Positions 42,681-54,502 of a stretch of 64,000 nucleotides of DNA are shown here, piece after piece (within the stretch, counting starts at the first letter, position 1; every line of letters starts with the position of its first letter). The stretch covers positions 4,119 through 68,118 of the forward strand of contig CANQAS010000002.1 of assembly GCA_947589535.1 (NCBI GenBank), written 5' to 3'. The notes under the pieces were generated by a model that had not been told where the DNA came from, searched no databases, and saw only the letters and a list, made by a program, of their open reading frames with translations. Position numbers and translations under genes: made by a program. Source of the DNA: an uncultured Bacilli bacterium (GTDB lineage Bacteria; Bacillota_I; Bacilli_A; RF39; UBA660).

Positions 42681-44186
42681 TTAACTCTCTTTTTTAATTT
42701 GATCATTTTCTGGTTTCATTAATGGAAATAATAATACATCTCTAATAGATGGTTGTTCTGTAAATAACATAATTAATCTATCAATACCATAACCTATACC
42801 ACCAGCTGGAGGCATACCATATTCTAAAGCTTCGATAAAATCCATATCTATATCATTTGCTTCGTCATTTCCTAATTCTTTTTCTTTTAATTGAGCCTCA
42901 AATCTTTCTAATTGATCAATTGGATCATTTAACTCTGTATATGCGTTTGCACATTCATGTCCAGAAATAAACAATTCAAATCTATCAACGAACCTTGGAT
43001 CTTCAGGATTTTTCTTAGTAAGTGGTGAAATTTCAATTGGGTGACCATAAAGAAAAGTAGGTTGTATTAAAGTTTCCTCTACGTATTTTTCAAAAAATAA
43101 ATTTACTATATGTCCGAAATTCTTTTCGTGTTCTTCAAGTTCTATATCATGCTCTTCTGCTAGTTTTATTGCATCTTCGTCAGTCATTTGCTTACTAAAA
43201 TCTATTCCAGTTTGTTCTTTAATAGCTTCTACCATTGAAATACGCTTCCATTTGCCACCTAGGTTTATTTCATGACCTAGATAATTAAACGTCATTTTAC
43301 CACATACTTCTTTTGCGATTGTTTGATACATATCTTCTGTTAAATCCATCATACCCTCTAAATCTGAGTATGCTTGATATATTTCCATTAAGGTAAATTC
43401 TGGATTGTGTTGAGGATCCATTCCTTCATTTCTAAATGTTCTTCCTATTTCATAAACACTTTCCATACCCCCAACAAGTAATCTTTTAAGATTAAGCTCT
43501 AAAGCAACTCTTAAATACATATCTAAGTCTTGAGTATTATGGTGCGTTACAAATGGTCTTGCTGACGCTCCCGTAAGTAAAGTTGTCAAGATTGGGGTTT
43601 CAACTTCCGTAAATCCTCTTTTATCTAAGAAGTTTTGAATACATCTAATGATTTTAGGACGCATAAAAGCGACTCGTTTAGCATCTTCGTTAGTTATTAA
43701 GTCTAAGTAACGTCTTCTATATCTTTCTTCTTTATCTTTTAAACCATGAAATTTTTCGGGAAGTGGTCTTAAAGCTTTAACTAAATGAGTATATTCCAAA
43801 CATTTAATTGTTATTTCACCAGTTCTAGTTTTCATAACTTTTCCACGAACACCAACTATGTCTCCTAAGTCAGCACTTTTAAATAAATTATAACTATCTT
43901 CCCCAATATCATTTATTGATATGTATATTTGTATTGGACCAGTTTTATCGCTAAGAGAGAAAAATGAAGCTTTTCCCATTTTTCTTATGAACATAATCCT
44001 ACCTGCAACTATAACTTCATCTGTTATATTTGCAAATTCATCATGTTCTACATCTTTATATTTTTCTTTTATATCCTTTGCAAAAGCATTTCTTTTAAAA
44101 CTATGTCCAAATGGATCAATTCCTAATTCTTCAATTTTTTCTTTTTTTCCTCTTCTTACTATTTCTTGTTCTGTCAATTCTCTCAC
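42681..44186 (-). CDS. lysS: lysine--tRNA ligase (class II)
   Basis: 501 aa. N-terminal OB fold and class II catalytic core (…FRNEG…, …GGIGYGIDRLIML…). Confidence 0.9.
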   Translation of the reverse strand: MRELTEQEIVRRGKKEKIEELGIDPFGHSFKRNAFAKDIKEKYKDVEHDEFANITDEVIVAGRIMFIRKMGKASFFSLSDKTGPIQIYISINDIGEDSYNLFKSADLGDIVGVRGKVMKTRTGEITIKCLEYTHLVKALRPLPEKFHGLKDKEERYRRRYLDLITNEDAKRVAFMRPKIIRCIQNFLDKRGFTEVETPILTTLLTGASARPFVTHHNTQDLDMYLRVALELNLKRLLVGGMESVYEIGRTFRNEGMDPQHNPEFTLMEIYQAYSDLEGMMDLTEDMYQTIAKEVCGKMTFNYLGHEINLGGKWKRISMVEAIKEQTGIDFSKQMTDEDAIKLAEEHDIELEEHEKNFGHIVNLFFEKYVEETLIQPTFLYGHPIEISPLTKKNPEDPRFVDRFELFISGHECANAYTELNDPIDQLERFEAQLKEKELGNDEANDIDMDFIEALEYGMPPAGGIGYGIDRLIMLFTEQPSIRDVLLFPLMKPENDQIKKES

Positions 44187-44201
44187 TGTTATCTACTCCT
44201 T

Positions 44202-44978
44202 TTATTTATTCTTACAAGAATATCCTTCTTTTTTTAATTTATTTATAAAACTACTATAAGTTGTTTTTGAATCTATTTTTTCATAAGCTATAGGAAACAA
44301 ATCATAATTTTGTTTGTCGACTTCTTTAAAATTCATTTTTTCAAAATCTAAATAACCGTTTACCTTAAACATATTATCACTTTCTTCAACAGTGTACGTA
44401 AATCCACTCATACCATTTGAGTTTATTACAATTGGTAATTTGCTTTCTTTAACAAATTTAACTTGCTCAGTAAATTCACTATCTGTTGCATTATATACAT
44501 AAGAACTTTTTATTTTTATTATGTTATTTTTCTTGTATATAACCATATAAGTGTCACTAAAATTATACCCTGTATCTTTTGCTTTTAGCTCACAAACAGT
44601 AGTTTTTTCAATTTCAAAAACAGCTAAGTAAACCCCTAAGCTAACTAGTAAAATTATTATTGCAATTAAGATGATTAATAATAGTTTATAATTTATTTTA
44701 CTATGATTTTTTTTGGGGATGTTTTTAATAGTAGCTAAATCATCTTTTACTTCGTTATTTACCGGTTTTTCATTTATGTTATGCACATTTACATCTGACT
44801 GTTTTAATTGTTCTTCTTTTTTTTCTTCTTCTAATTCATAGTCAGTAAATATTGCTCTATCAATTAATGGTATATTTTCTTCATTTGAATCTTTTGTTTC
44901 GACTTCAATAAAATCATCATCAAATATTTCGTCTAAAGCATCTTTTAAATTGTCATCCTTTTTATGCATAACATTCAC
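44202..44978 (-). CDS. hypothetical membrane-anchored protein
   Basis: Acidic N-terminus, TM LLLIILIAIIILLVSLGVYLAVF, extracytoplasmic domain. Confidence 0.45.
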   Translation of the reverse strand: MNVMHKKDDNLKDALDEIFDDDFIEVETKDSNEENIPLIDRAIFTDYELEEEKKEEQLKQSDVNVHNINEKPVNNEVKDDLATIKNIPKKNHSKINYKLLLIILIAIIILLVSLGVYLAVFEIEKTTVCELKAKDTGYNFSDTYMVIYKKNNIIKIKSSYVYNATDSEFTEQVKFVKESKLPIVINSNGMSGFTYTVEESDNMFKVNGYLDFEKMNFKEVDKQNYDLFPIAYEKIDSKTTYSSFINKLKKEGYSCKNK

Positions 44979-45023
44979 CTATCCCAATATAGTATATCAC
45001 AACGTATAATTTTTAACAACAAA

Positions 45024-45052
45024 TAAAAGACATAGTAATATGTCTTTATTTA
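45024..45052 (-). terminator. Rho-independent terminator
   Basis: AAAGACATAttactATGTCTTT hairpin with a U run, read on the minus strand. Confidence 0.5.
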
Positions 45053-45690
45053 TCTATCTCATTATATTTAATTATAAATAAATCATTATTTTTACTGAAA
45101 GCATAAAACACGTCTCCAACATTTATTCTTTTATTATGTAATATATTAAGTAACCAATTTTTCGTTTTATTAATAGTATATAAATTATCAAATTGAACTT
45201 CACCATCTAATATTATTGGTAATGGATATGTTTTTTTATCTTTATCATCTTTTTTAAACACTGATAACTTTCCATTAGTTTCAAGAATCGCATATTCAAC
45301 TTCATCAATACTTCTAATATCTTTTTCTCTTAATTGAAGAAGTAAATCATCTAACGTATATCTTTGATCTACCATACACTTAAAATTTACTATACCGTTT
45401 TTAATTATGATACTTGGTTTTCCATCAATAAAACTTCTGAATTTAGAATTTTTCAATGATATCTTTGCAATTATTATTTGAAGTACTACTAGAACAATTA
45501 CTGGTATTAGACCACTTAAAAATTCGTTTTTTTTCTCCAAAGCCATTGCTATAAGTTCAGCAATTAATATAAACACCACCAAATCAAAAGTTCCTAATTG
45601 TCCTACTTCCCTTTTTCCCATTATTCTAAATATTGCTGCTACAAGCATATATATGAATATGGTTTTTAAAATCAATTCTAAATAGTTCAT
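45046..45690 (-). CDS. DUF421 (YetF-like) membrane protein
   Basis: N-terminal TM helices followed by the IFRIMGKREVGQLGTFDLVVFILIAE pattern typical of the YetF/DUF421 family. Confidence 0.6.
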   Translation of the reverse strand: MNYLELILKTIFIYMLVAAIFRIMGKREVGQLGTFDLVVFILIAELIAMALEKKNEFLSGLIPVIVLVVLQIIIAKISLKNSKFRSFIDGKPSIIIKNGIVNFKCMVDQRYTLDDLLLQLREKDIRSIDEVEYAILETNGKLSVFKKDDKDKKTYPLPIILDGEVQFDNLYTINKTKNWLLNILHNKRINVGDVFYAFSKNNDLFIIKYNEIDK

Positions 45691-45763
45691 TTTATCACCT
45701 ATTTTATTATGGTCTTATTCATATTTTTATATACAAATAATATATTTAATCAGAGGTGATATT

Positions 45764-47259
<1,496 letters not shown>

Positions 47260-47304
47260 TCAAAATTATAGCATAAGTAAAGTATTTAGCAAAAACTAAA
47301 TACT

Positions 47305-47982
47305 TTACTTATTAATTCTTTTTAATACTTTAGAAGTCCCGTTCAAAACGTTATAACCAAATAAATTTAACGCATATTTAACATCGTTTTTTGCTTTATG
47401 CCTTAAATAAGGCTTTTTAGCAACACTAACGGTACCAAGATTTCCGGTTAAATATATGGTGTTTTTATCAATGAATCTAATATCAGTACGTTTAAGATTA
47501 TTATCCTTAGCACGCTTTGCAGTTGTAACATTCATCTCTAATAGATTGGTTAGAGTATCTATTAATGATGTTAAATTTATATCTAAATTCTTTATTTTCC
47601 CTAATTCTTCCTTCAAAGCCAGTTCTTTTATTCTAATTTTTAAGACTTCCATTTGTTCTTTATATTTAACAGTTTTAACAAAATCATCTAAAGCCAATTT
47701 TGCATTATAAGATGCTTTGCTCAAGTTTGTTATAAAATCTGAATCTCTTTCGTTTGAATATTCATTTATACTTGATAATGCAATAAGTAAATATGCCAAA
47801 CAATCTTCGAATTCTTCGCTTAAATTTTCTTTATAATCATTTTTTGCAAATTCAGCAATATTGATTGCTCTTTTTAATTGGTGATAATCATTGTGATTAA
47901 GTCCTGATAAAGGTTGAACTACACCATTTAAATCGGTAGCAATTTCTCTATTTATTTTTTCTATTATTCTTCTGTTTAACAT
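47305..47982 (-). CDS. hypothetical protein, 225 aa
   Basis: ORF inserted between queA and tgt with no motif found. Confidence 0.45.
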   Translation of the reverse strand: MLNRRIIEKINREIATDLNGVVQPLSGLNHNDYHQLKRAINIAEFAKNDYKENLSEEFEDCLAYLLIALSSINEYSNERDSDFITNLSKASYNAKLALDDFVKTVKYKEQMEVLKIRIKELALKEELGKIKNLDINLTSLIDTLTNLLEMNVTTAKRAKDNNLKRTDIRFIDKNTIYLTGNLGTVSVAKKPYLRHKAKNDVKYALNLFGYNVLNGTSKVLKRINK

Positions 47983-47995
47983 GTTTTATCCTCCG

Positions 47996-49057
47996 TTATT
48001 TTATTAACATACAATCTCCAAAAGAGAAAAATCTATATTTCTTATCTACTGCCTTTTTATACGCCTTTAAAACATTTTCTTTACCTGCTAATGCGCTAAT
48101 AAGCATAATAAGTGTTGATTTTGGTAAATGAAAATTAGTTAAAAGAGCGTCTATTGCTTTAAATTTATACCCAGGGTATATAAAAATCTTAGTATTACCT
48201 GATTGAGCTTTAAATTGACCTGTTTTATCTACTATTGTTTCTAAAACTCTTGTTGATGTAGTACCAACTGCAATTATTCTCTTTCCATTTTTACGTGTTT
48301 TGTTAAGAAGATCAGCTACCTCTTGACTCATTTCATAATACTCTGAATGCATGTCGTGTTTTGTAACATCTTCTACGTTAACAGGTCTAAATGTTCCAAG
48401 TCCAACATGAAGTGTTACATATGCTACGTTAATTTTTTTTTCTTTTATTTTATCTATAACTTCATTCGTAAAGTGAAGCCCTGCCGTTGGTGCTGCTGCA
48501 CTACCTGGATTTTTTGCATAAATAGTTTGATATCTATCTTTTTCACTTAATTTCTCAGTTATGTATGGTGGAAGAGGCATCTCTCCTAATTTATCTAAAA
48601 TTTCAAGTAATATTCCATCATAAATAAATTTATACTTTCTTATTCCATCTTCACCTACAGATGTACACTTGCAAGATAAATCATTCGAAAATTTAACAAT
48701 AGTACCAACTTTTATTCTTTTTGCAGGTTTTGTTAAACATTCCCACTCATCATTGCCTAAATCTTTTAACATTAAAACTTCAATTACTGCACCAGTATCT
48801 GTTTTATGTCCTATTATTCTTGCTGGTATAACTTTAGTATCATTTAATACTAAAGTATCGCCAGGTTCTATATAATCTATTAAATCAGTAAATACTTTAT
48901 CTTCAGTTTTACCAGTATTTTTATCTAATACCATCATGCGTGAAGAATCTCTTTTTTTAAGAGGAGTTTGTGCTATAAGTTCCTTTGGTAAATCATAATC
49001 AAAATCATCAGTTTTCATACAATCCTCCTTGCATAAAAAATAATATTTACTAAACAC
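47996..49057 (-). CDS. queA: S-adenosylmethionine:tRNA ribosyltransferase-isomerase
   Basis: 353 aa. The QueA motif [13 protein letters not shown] is matched by [12 protein letters not shown]. Confidence 0.9.
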   Translation of the reverse strand: MFSKYYFLCKEDCMKTDDFDYDLPKELIAQTPLKKRDSSRMMVLDKNTGKTEDKVFTDLIDYIEPGDTLVLNDTKVIPARIIGHKTDTGAVIEVLMLKDLGNDEWECLTKPAKRIKVGTIVKFSNDLSCKCTSVGEDGIRKYKFIYDGILLEILDKLGEMPLPPYITEKLSEKDRYQTIYAKNPGSAAAPTAGLHFTNEVIDKIKEKKINVAYVTLHVGLGTFRPVNVEDVTKHDMHSEYYEMSQEVADLLNKTRKNGKRIIAVGTTSTRVLETIVDKTGQFKAQSGNTKIFIYPGYKFKAIDALLTNFHLPKSTLIMLISALAGKENVLKAYKKAVDKKYRFFSFGDCMLIK

Positions 49058-49099
49058 GAGTAAATATTATAATTCATTTTTAATAAAATTTCAACTATA

Positions 49100-50098
49100 T
49101 TACTTTTTATTTTTATCTATTCCCAAATGTCTATATGCTAAATCTGTTACGATACGTCCTCTTGGAGTTCTTTTTAAATAACCAATTTGTAAAAGGTATG
49201 GCTCACATACATCCTCAATGGTAGAAACTTCTTCTCCAATTGATGCTGCAACTGCTTCTACACCAACAGGACCGCCGTTAAATTTATATATGATAGTTTT
49301 TAAAAGCTCATAATCAACTTCATCTAAACCTAATTTATCTACTTTAAGTGAATCAAGAGCATACTTGGTAATATCCAAAGTAATCGTACCATCACCTTTT
49401 ACTAAAGCAAAATCACTTACTCTTTTAAGTAATCTATTAGCAATTCTAGGTGTCCTACGACAACGGTTTGCAAGTTCTTTTGCTGCTTCATCATCTATTA
49501 CCAAATTAAGCACTCTTGCACTTCTTTTTATTATTTCAGTTATTTCTTCTTCGGTATAATAATTAAGTTTTGATACAATTCCAAAACGATCTCTAAGCGG
49601 AGCTGATAAATCTCCAGCTCTTGTTGTTGCACCAACTAAAGTAAAATGAGGTAAATCAATTCTAAGATTACGGTTAGATCCTTCACCACCTACTATTATA
49701 TCAAGTGTAAAATCTTCCATAGCAGAATAAAGTATTTCTTCAACAAATCTTGGAATTCTATGAATTTCATCAATGAATAATACGTCACCTTCTTCAAGTG
49801 ATGATAAAACAGCAGCTAAATCCCCAGACTTTTCGATTGATGGACCAGATGCAGTTTTAATATTAGCTTCCATCTCATTTGCAATTACATACGAAAGAGT
49901 TGTTTTGCCAAGGCCAGGAGGACCATATAATAACACATGATCTAGCGCTTGAGAACGCATTTTAGCAGCTTTCATAAATACTTTCAAATTTTCAACTATA
50001 TCTTTTTGACCAATATATTCATCAATACTTTGAGGTCTTATAGTTGATTCAAAACTATCTTCTTTCAATTTTTCAGAAGTAATTATTCTATTATCCAT
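49100..50098 (-). CDS. ruvB: Holliday junction helicase RuvB
   Basis: AAA+ Walker [10 protein letters not shown], Walker B LFIDEIHR. Confidence 0.9.
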   Translation of the reverse strand: MDNRIITSEKLKEDSFESTIRPQSIDEYIGQKDIVENLKVFMKAAKMRSQALDHVLLYGPPGLGKTTLSYVIANEMEANIKTASGPSIEKSGDLAAVLSSLEEGDVLFIDEIHRIPRFVEEILYSAMEDFTLDIIVGGEGSNRNLRIDLPHFTLVGATTRAGDLSAPLRDRFGIVSKLNYYTEEEITEIIKRSARVLNLVIDDEAAKELANRCRRTPRIANRLLKRVSDFALVKGDGTITLDITKYALDSLKVDKLGLDEVDYELLKTIIYKFNGGPVGVEAVAASIGEEVSTIEDVCEPYLLQIGYLKRTPRGRIVTDLAYRHLGIDKNKK

Positions 50099-50115
50099 AA
50101 GCTAAATCCTTTCCG

Positions 50116-50679
50116 TTATTTTAATAACATTTTTAATGCATCTTTAACTTGTGACTCTAAGCTTTTAGATGAATCAATATTAGGCAATATTTTCTTAATA
50201 TCAGCTGGTTTATATCCCAAAGATTTAAGCGTTTCAGTAAGTTCTATGTAATCGTGCTTTGTTTCAATTGCATCAACAGCCAATTTTCCTTTTAAATCAA
50301 GAATAATTTGTCTTGCAACCTTATCACCAATCTTAGGAAATTTCTTTAAATAATTAATGTTACCACTTTCAATAGCATCATAAATACTATCTTTATTATC
50401 ACCAGAAAGCATTGGAAGAGCCATCTTACATCCTAGACCTTTAACACTTATTAATTTTAAAAATAAATCTTTATCTTCTTTATTTTTAAATCCATATAAT
50501 GTATTTTCTTCTTCTCTTATTTGCTGATATAAATAAATTAATACTTCTTCGTTTGTTTTGTATGAATAAGGATTAGGAACGAAAATCATATATCCAATTC
50601 CATTATTTTCTAATACTACATAACTAGGCTCTATCATCGTTATAATGCCTTTTATATATGAATACATAAAACACCTCAT
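50116..50679 (-). CDS. ruvA: Holliday junction DNA-binding protein RuvA
   Basis: 187 aa. HhH motifs (…VKGLGCKMAL…) and domain III. The likely start is MIEPS... rather than the track start. Confidence 0.85.
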   Translation of the reverse strand: MRCFMYSYIKGIITMIEPSYVVLENNGIGYMIFVPNPYSYKTNEEVLIYLYQQIREEENTLYGFKNKEDKDLFLKLISVKGLGCKMALPMLSGDNKDSIYDAIESGNINYLKKFPKIGDKVARQIILDLKGKLAVDAIETKHDYIELTETLKSLGYKPADIKKILPNIDSSKSLESQVKDALKMLLK

Positions 50680-50735
50680 TTATCATTATATAAACTAATT
50701 TTACCACGAACAATTGTATTTGTAAATAAAAAATT

Positions 50736-50760
50736 AAAAAGGCATACTACTTTGCCTTTA
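50736..50760 (-). terminator. Rho-independent terminator (minus-strand orientation)
   Basis: AAAGGCAtactactTTGCCTTT followed by TTTTTAATTTTTT on the minus strand. Confidence 0.45.
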
Positions 50761-50980
50761 ATCTTAAAAAATTCAAACGAGTTTTGATATCTTCACTTTT
50801 TACTTTTATATTATTTAAACAATTATATAATATCTCAATAGCATTTTTTTTAAAGAGATAAATATTCTAAAAACAGTTCTGTGTCATATCTTATTTGGCA
50901 GCATATCTTAATACATCTATCTTAGTTACTAACTCTTCTATTTTAATTTTGTTATGTAAGTTTTTACCTTTTGTGTTATT

Positions 50981-51916
50981 TTATCTAATTAAAGACTTAA
51001 CTAAATTTTTACTAGCCCTTATCATATCACAATATCCCTTAGATATTTTTCTTGATTGTTCATCTATGAAATCATATTTTGAATTAATATTCAAAAGTTC
51101 ATTTAACGCCATAACCATCTTCTTAGGAGAAATCTCGTCAGGGCTTTTAAATTCTACTAAGATACATTTTGATTTGCAATTATTTTTTGCATAAGAAATT
51201 GCATAGCCTTTACCATTCCCATATTGATTAGGATATTTTCTATCAATCAAGCAATTATTATAAAATGGTTGCATTATGTCTTTATCACCATATAATGCAT
51301 TTAACCATCCATGTACATCAATATAAATATCGGGTTTATATTTTAACATAAGTTTTGCTATTTCAAAAGTTTCAGGAGCGTTAAAATGTTCAAAATCTCT
51401 ATTTATATCAATATTATTAGCTGTTGTTCTACCAAATCCATTATCTGATACTCCATCAAATAAACCATCTGGATTGCAGCACGGAATAATTACAATTCTA
51501 GTTTTATTTAAATTGTTTATATTTGAATAATAACATGCAACTTTCTCTAAAGTATCTTTTATTAAATTCCCATCATGTTCATAAGCCCCTTCAAAACCAT
51601 GCATAACGCCTGTTATTAAAATAGTCTTATCAACATCAGAAACATTATTTATCACATATGCATTTAATGGTTTTTTCATTTGACTAAAACCAAAACCAAT
51701 AAGTCTCTCATTATTTTTATTAGCATTAAATGATAAATAATCTTCATCATTTTTATAATCTTCTATTTCAATTAATAATTTATTTATATAACTTCTTGAA
51801 TAAAAAAAATTATTATAAATAAATCTTTTATGAATAACATCATTTTTGCTTAGAACGTCTACTGCTTTTTTTATATTATTCATTGATTCTTTTCTTATCT
51901 TAAAATAATTTTTCAT
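50981..51916 (-). CDS. M14-family zinc carboxypeptidase-like protein
   Basis: HGFEGAYEH (HxxE), NPDG and IDVHGW segments resemble the M14 zinc-ligand and substrate motifs. Confidence 0.55.
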   Translation of the reverse strand: MKNYFKIRKESMNNIKKAVDVLSKNDVIHKRFIYNNFFYSRSYINKLLIEIEDYKNDEDYLSFNANKNNERLIGFGFSQMKKPLNAYVINNVSDVDKTILITGVMHGFEGAYEHDGNLIKDTLEKVACYYSNINNLNKTRIVIIPCCNPDGLFDGVSDNGFGRTTANNIDINRDFEHFNAPETFEIAKLMLKYKPDIYIDVHGWLNALYGDKDIMQPFYNNCLIDRKYPNQYGNGKGYAISYAKNNCKSKCILVEFKSPDEISPKKMVMALNELLNINSKYDFIDEQSRKISKGYCDMIRASKNLVKSLIR

Positions 51917-51939
51917 AAAACCCCCTATGCGATATTATA

Positions 51940-52488
51940 TCAAAATGTAAAAATATGACTATCATCTGGAACTTCAGTAACTGTATAATCAAATGGTAAA
52001 GTTAAATTTGGCGTTTCATCTCCAAATAAATGTTGTTCAATCATAACATCAGTAGTAATAGTTTCACTTAAAGTTTGAGTAGTAATTAATTCGCTTAATT
52101 TATTCACGATGTTTTCGGGAATTTCAATATTTTTAAATTTAAAAGAAGATTGCATATAATATTTAATTCCAACGTACCCGCCTTTAAATCTATTAGATAA
52201 ATAGTAAGGATCTTTTTCAAAAAGATAGAAAAAGTTTTCAGCAAATCCATTTTCGTCATTTTTTTTGCTATGTAATATATGCTCGAAACTTAATTTTTCG
52301 TCTTTAGTAAGCACTAAGGTATTTAATGCTTCCCTACAAGTTCTGGCATCAATATCATTAGCAATTTCTTCTATAATTGCCTTTCTTTTTTCTTTATTTT
52401 CAGTAATTTCTAATTCACTAGTTTGTAGAAATATTTTTAACTTTTCTTTTATATCTTCTTGTTTTTTATTATTTTCTATTGTTTGCAT
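51940..52488 (-). CDS. hypothetical protein, 182 aa
   Basis: ORF only. Confidence 0.4.
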   Translation of the reverse strand: MQTIENNKKQEDIKEKLKIFLQTSELEITENKEKRKAIIEEIANDIDARTCREALNTLVLTKDEKLSFEHILHSKKNDENGFAENFFYLFEKDPYYLSNRFKGGYVGIKYYMQSSFKFKNIEIPENIVNKLSELITTQTLSETITTDVMIEQHLFGDETPNLTLPFDYTVTEVPDDSHIFTF

Positions 52489-52620
52489 ATTAAAAAACCT
52501 CCCTAATTAATTATATTATATCATATTTTATATAATATGTTATAACTGCTTTTTATCGTTGCATAAAGTATTGTATTTTTCTTACTTCTAAATGATTTAA
52601 TACATAACTTGCATATAATT

Positions 52621-53169
52621 CTATTTGTAATTATTAATAAAGGCTTTAGCTTCTTGATGTAATTCTAGCCCTTTACTATTTAAATATTTTTCTTCTTGCA
52701 TTAAAAATTTAATAATTGCTTTATTTAAATTCCTATATGATAGTTCTTTTATTTCTATCATTTCGTCAGATAAATTAGATCTACCAGTTTTATCTGCTAT
52801 AAATATTATTTTTTCAAAATCCGTCATCACATGATGACAAATAGTATGATATTTTATAGCTCTACACATTTCATCACTGAAATTAAACCATTCTTTTGCA
52901 ACTAAAGCTCCAATATCAGCATGAAGCATTTTTTTGTATTTATCATCTAGTAATTTCTTATTAAGATTATATTTATCTATCCATTTCTTATTTTCTTCAA
53001 AAGTAAAATTTTTAGTAATATCATGGCAAAGACCAGTAAGATATGCCTTTTCTTCATCTAAATTATAATTTTTAGCTAACTTTTTAGCTTCCTCTGCAAC
53101 CATTAGTGAATGATTATATCTTTTTTCATCTACTAATTCTCTTAATTTCATTTTTATTTTTTCTTTCAT
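52621..53169 (-). CDS. yqeK: HD-domain hydrolase, YqeK-like (putative Ap4A hydrolase)
   Basis: HSL…GLCHDITK…LHADIGA…IKYHT arrangement matches the YqeK HD family. Confidence 0.6.
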   Translation of the reverse strand: MKEKIKMKLRELVDEKRYNHSLMVAEEAKKLAKNYNLDEEKAYLTGLCHDITKNFTFEENKKWIDKYNLNKKLLDDKYKKMLHADIGALVAKEWFNFSDEMCRAIKYHTICHHVMTDFEKIIFIADKTGRSNLSDEMIEIKELSYRNLNKAIIKFLMQEEKYLNSKGLELHQEAKAFINNYK

Positions 53170-53410
53170 TTAATTATCATTCCTTTATTTCTATATTTGA
53201 TAAATTTTTAAATGTATTATTTATTAAATTTAAAAATTCATTATAACCATTAATACATAATCTGATAATATATTTATTTTTTTCTCGATCTACATCTGCA
53301 TATTTATTTTCATTTTCTAAACCATCAAACTTATTTATATTTCTTATATTATATCATAATTCTTACTTTAATATTTAAAAGTATTATTATAAAAAGAAAT
53401 GTATTATATA

Positions 53411-53439
53411 TTGAATACGTTAATATATTATGATAAAAT
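53411..53439 (+). promoter_or_regulatory. sigma-A promoter TTGAAT-17-TGaTAAAAT for tRNA-Thr
   Basis: Consensus -35, extended -10, about 12 nt upstream of the tRNA 5' end. Confidence 0.5.
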
Positions 53440-53450
53440 GTACTTAGCTT

Positions 53451-53524
53451 GCCTCCTTAGTTAAGTGGTATAACGCAGCCATGGTAAGGCTGAATTGTAA
53501 GTTCGATTCTTACAGGAGGCACCA
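53451..53524 (+). tRNA. tRNA-Thr (anticodon GGU)
   Basis: Cloverleaf folded by hand. Acceptor GCCTCCT/AGGAGGC, D stem GTTA/TAAC, anticodon stem CAGCC/GGCTG with loop ATGGTAA, T arm GTAAG-TTCGATT-CTTAC, encoded CCA. Confidence 0.85.
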
Positions 53525-53561
53525 GATAGATACCAAACTCGGAAAATTCGAGTAAAAATAG

Positions 53562-53600
53562 AAAACTACTCTCAAATTAAATTGAAAGTAGTTTTATTTT
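53562..53600 (+). terminator. Rho-independent terminator after tRNA-Thr
   Basis: AAAACTACT-ctcaaattaaattgaa-AGTAGTTTT followed by ATTTTG. Confidence 0.6.
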
Positions 53601-53651
53601 GTAATTTAGAAAACACACTTACATATTGATAAATACCATGCGTATATAATT

Positions 53652-54130
53652 TTACCATCTATTATTTTGAATTAATAAATCTTTTGGTAAATCAAATAAT
53701 TCATTATGCTGAACATTAATAATTTTATTGGCAATATCAAAAATGCTATAAATAGATAATTCTTCTAAATTATTAACTTTTTCTTTAACTAAATTCCAAA
53801 TTTTATCACTTTTATCATAACATCACCTTATTAAATCAGTATAATAAATTATTTTCTTATTTAATGACTTAGCAAATTCAATCTCACTTTTTGTACTATC
53901 TCCAATATAGCCATTAACATTAACAACTAAAATAGAATCAGAAAGTTTAATTCTTTCTTTATGCATTTTATCAAGCATTAATACTTCTTCTTCAGTAAAA
54001 TCGTCTTTGCTAGTTTTACTTGGATTATAAATTGGTACAAGCATACAATTTCCTTGTAGCTACATTTTTTCTGTTATTTCCATCATTTCTTTGTAAAATT
54101 TTAAACTACCACATACTGTTATAACTTTCA
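53652..54130 (-). pseudogene. small conserved-looking gene (~155 codons) interrupted by in-frame TAG and TGA
   Basis: One frame reads MKVITVCGSLKFYKEMMEITEKM[TAG]LQGNCMLVPIYNPSK...YYTDLIR[TGA]CYDKSDKIWNLVKEKVNNLEEL...LIQNNRW[TAA]. It is preceded by an AAGGAGA RBS. The open tail after TGA is 55 codons long. Confidence 0.45.
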
Positions 54131-54222
54131 TTCTACACATTCTCCTTATTATTGAACTAATTTATGTTGCTTCTCATCCCAAGCAGGAGTACAAGACATT
54201 GATACAACACAATATTCTGTAT

Positions 54223-54492
54223 CTAAATAGTATTTTCAACTGGATTTATTAAAATGGAATCACCTTTTTCAAATTCAATATAATTATTATCAAAATAAAT
54301 TTTCCCTTTACCATCTAATACATAAATTAACTCTTTACTAATTGTATTAACACAATAGCCTGTTTCTGGATATCTACCTGTTATAGTTGCAATTCCTAAA
54401 TCTATATCTTTATCATCAAATGAGTATTCTAATGTTTTGCACTTATCACTGTTTGCGCCTTTAATAGCATCACTATATTTTATACTTTGCAT
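54223..54492 (-). CDS. cupin-domain protein (89 aa)
   Basis: Two-motif cupin pattern (…YPETGYCVN…LIYVLDGKGKIYF…GDSILI). Confidence 0.55.
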   Translation of the reverse strand: MQSIKYSDAIKGANSDKCKTLEYSFDDKDIDLGIATITGRYPETGYCVNTISKELIYVLDGKGKIYFDNNYIEFEKGDSILINPVENTI

Positions 54493-54502
54493 TGTAATCC
54501 TC

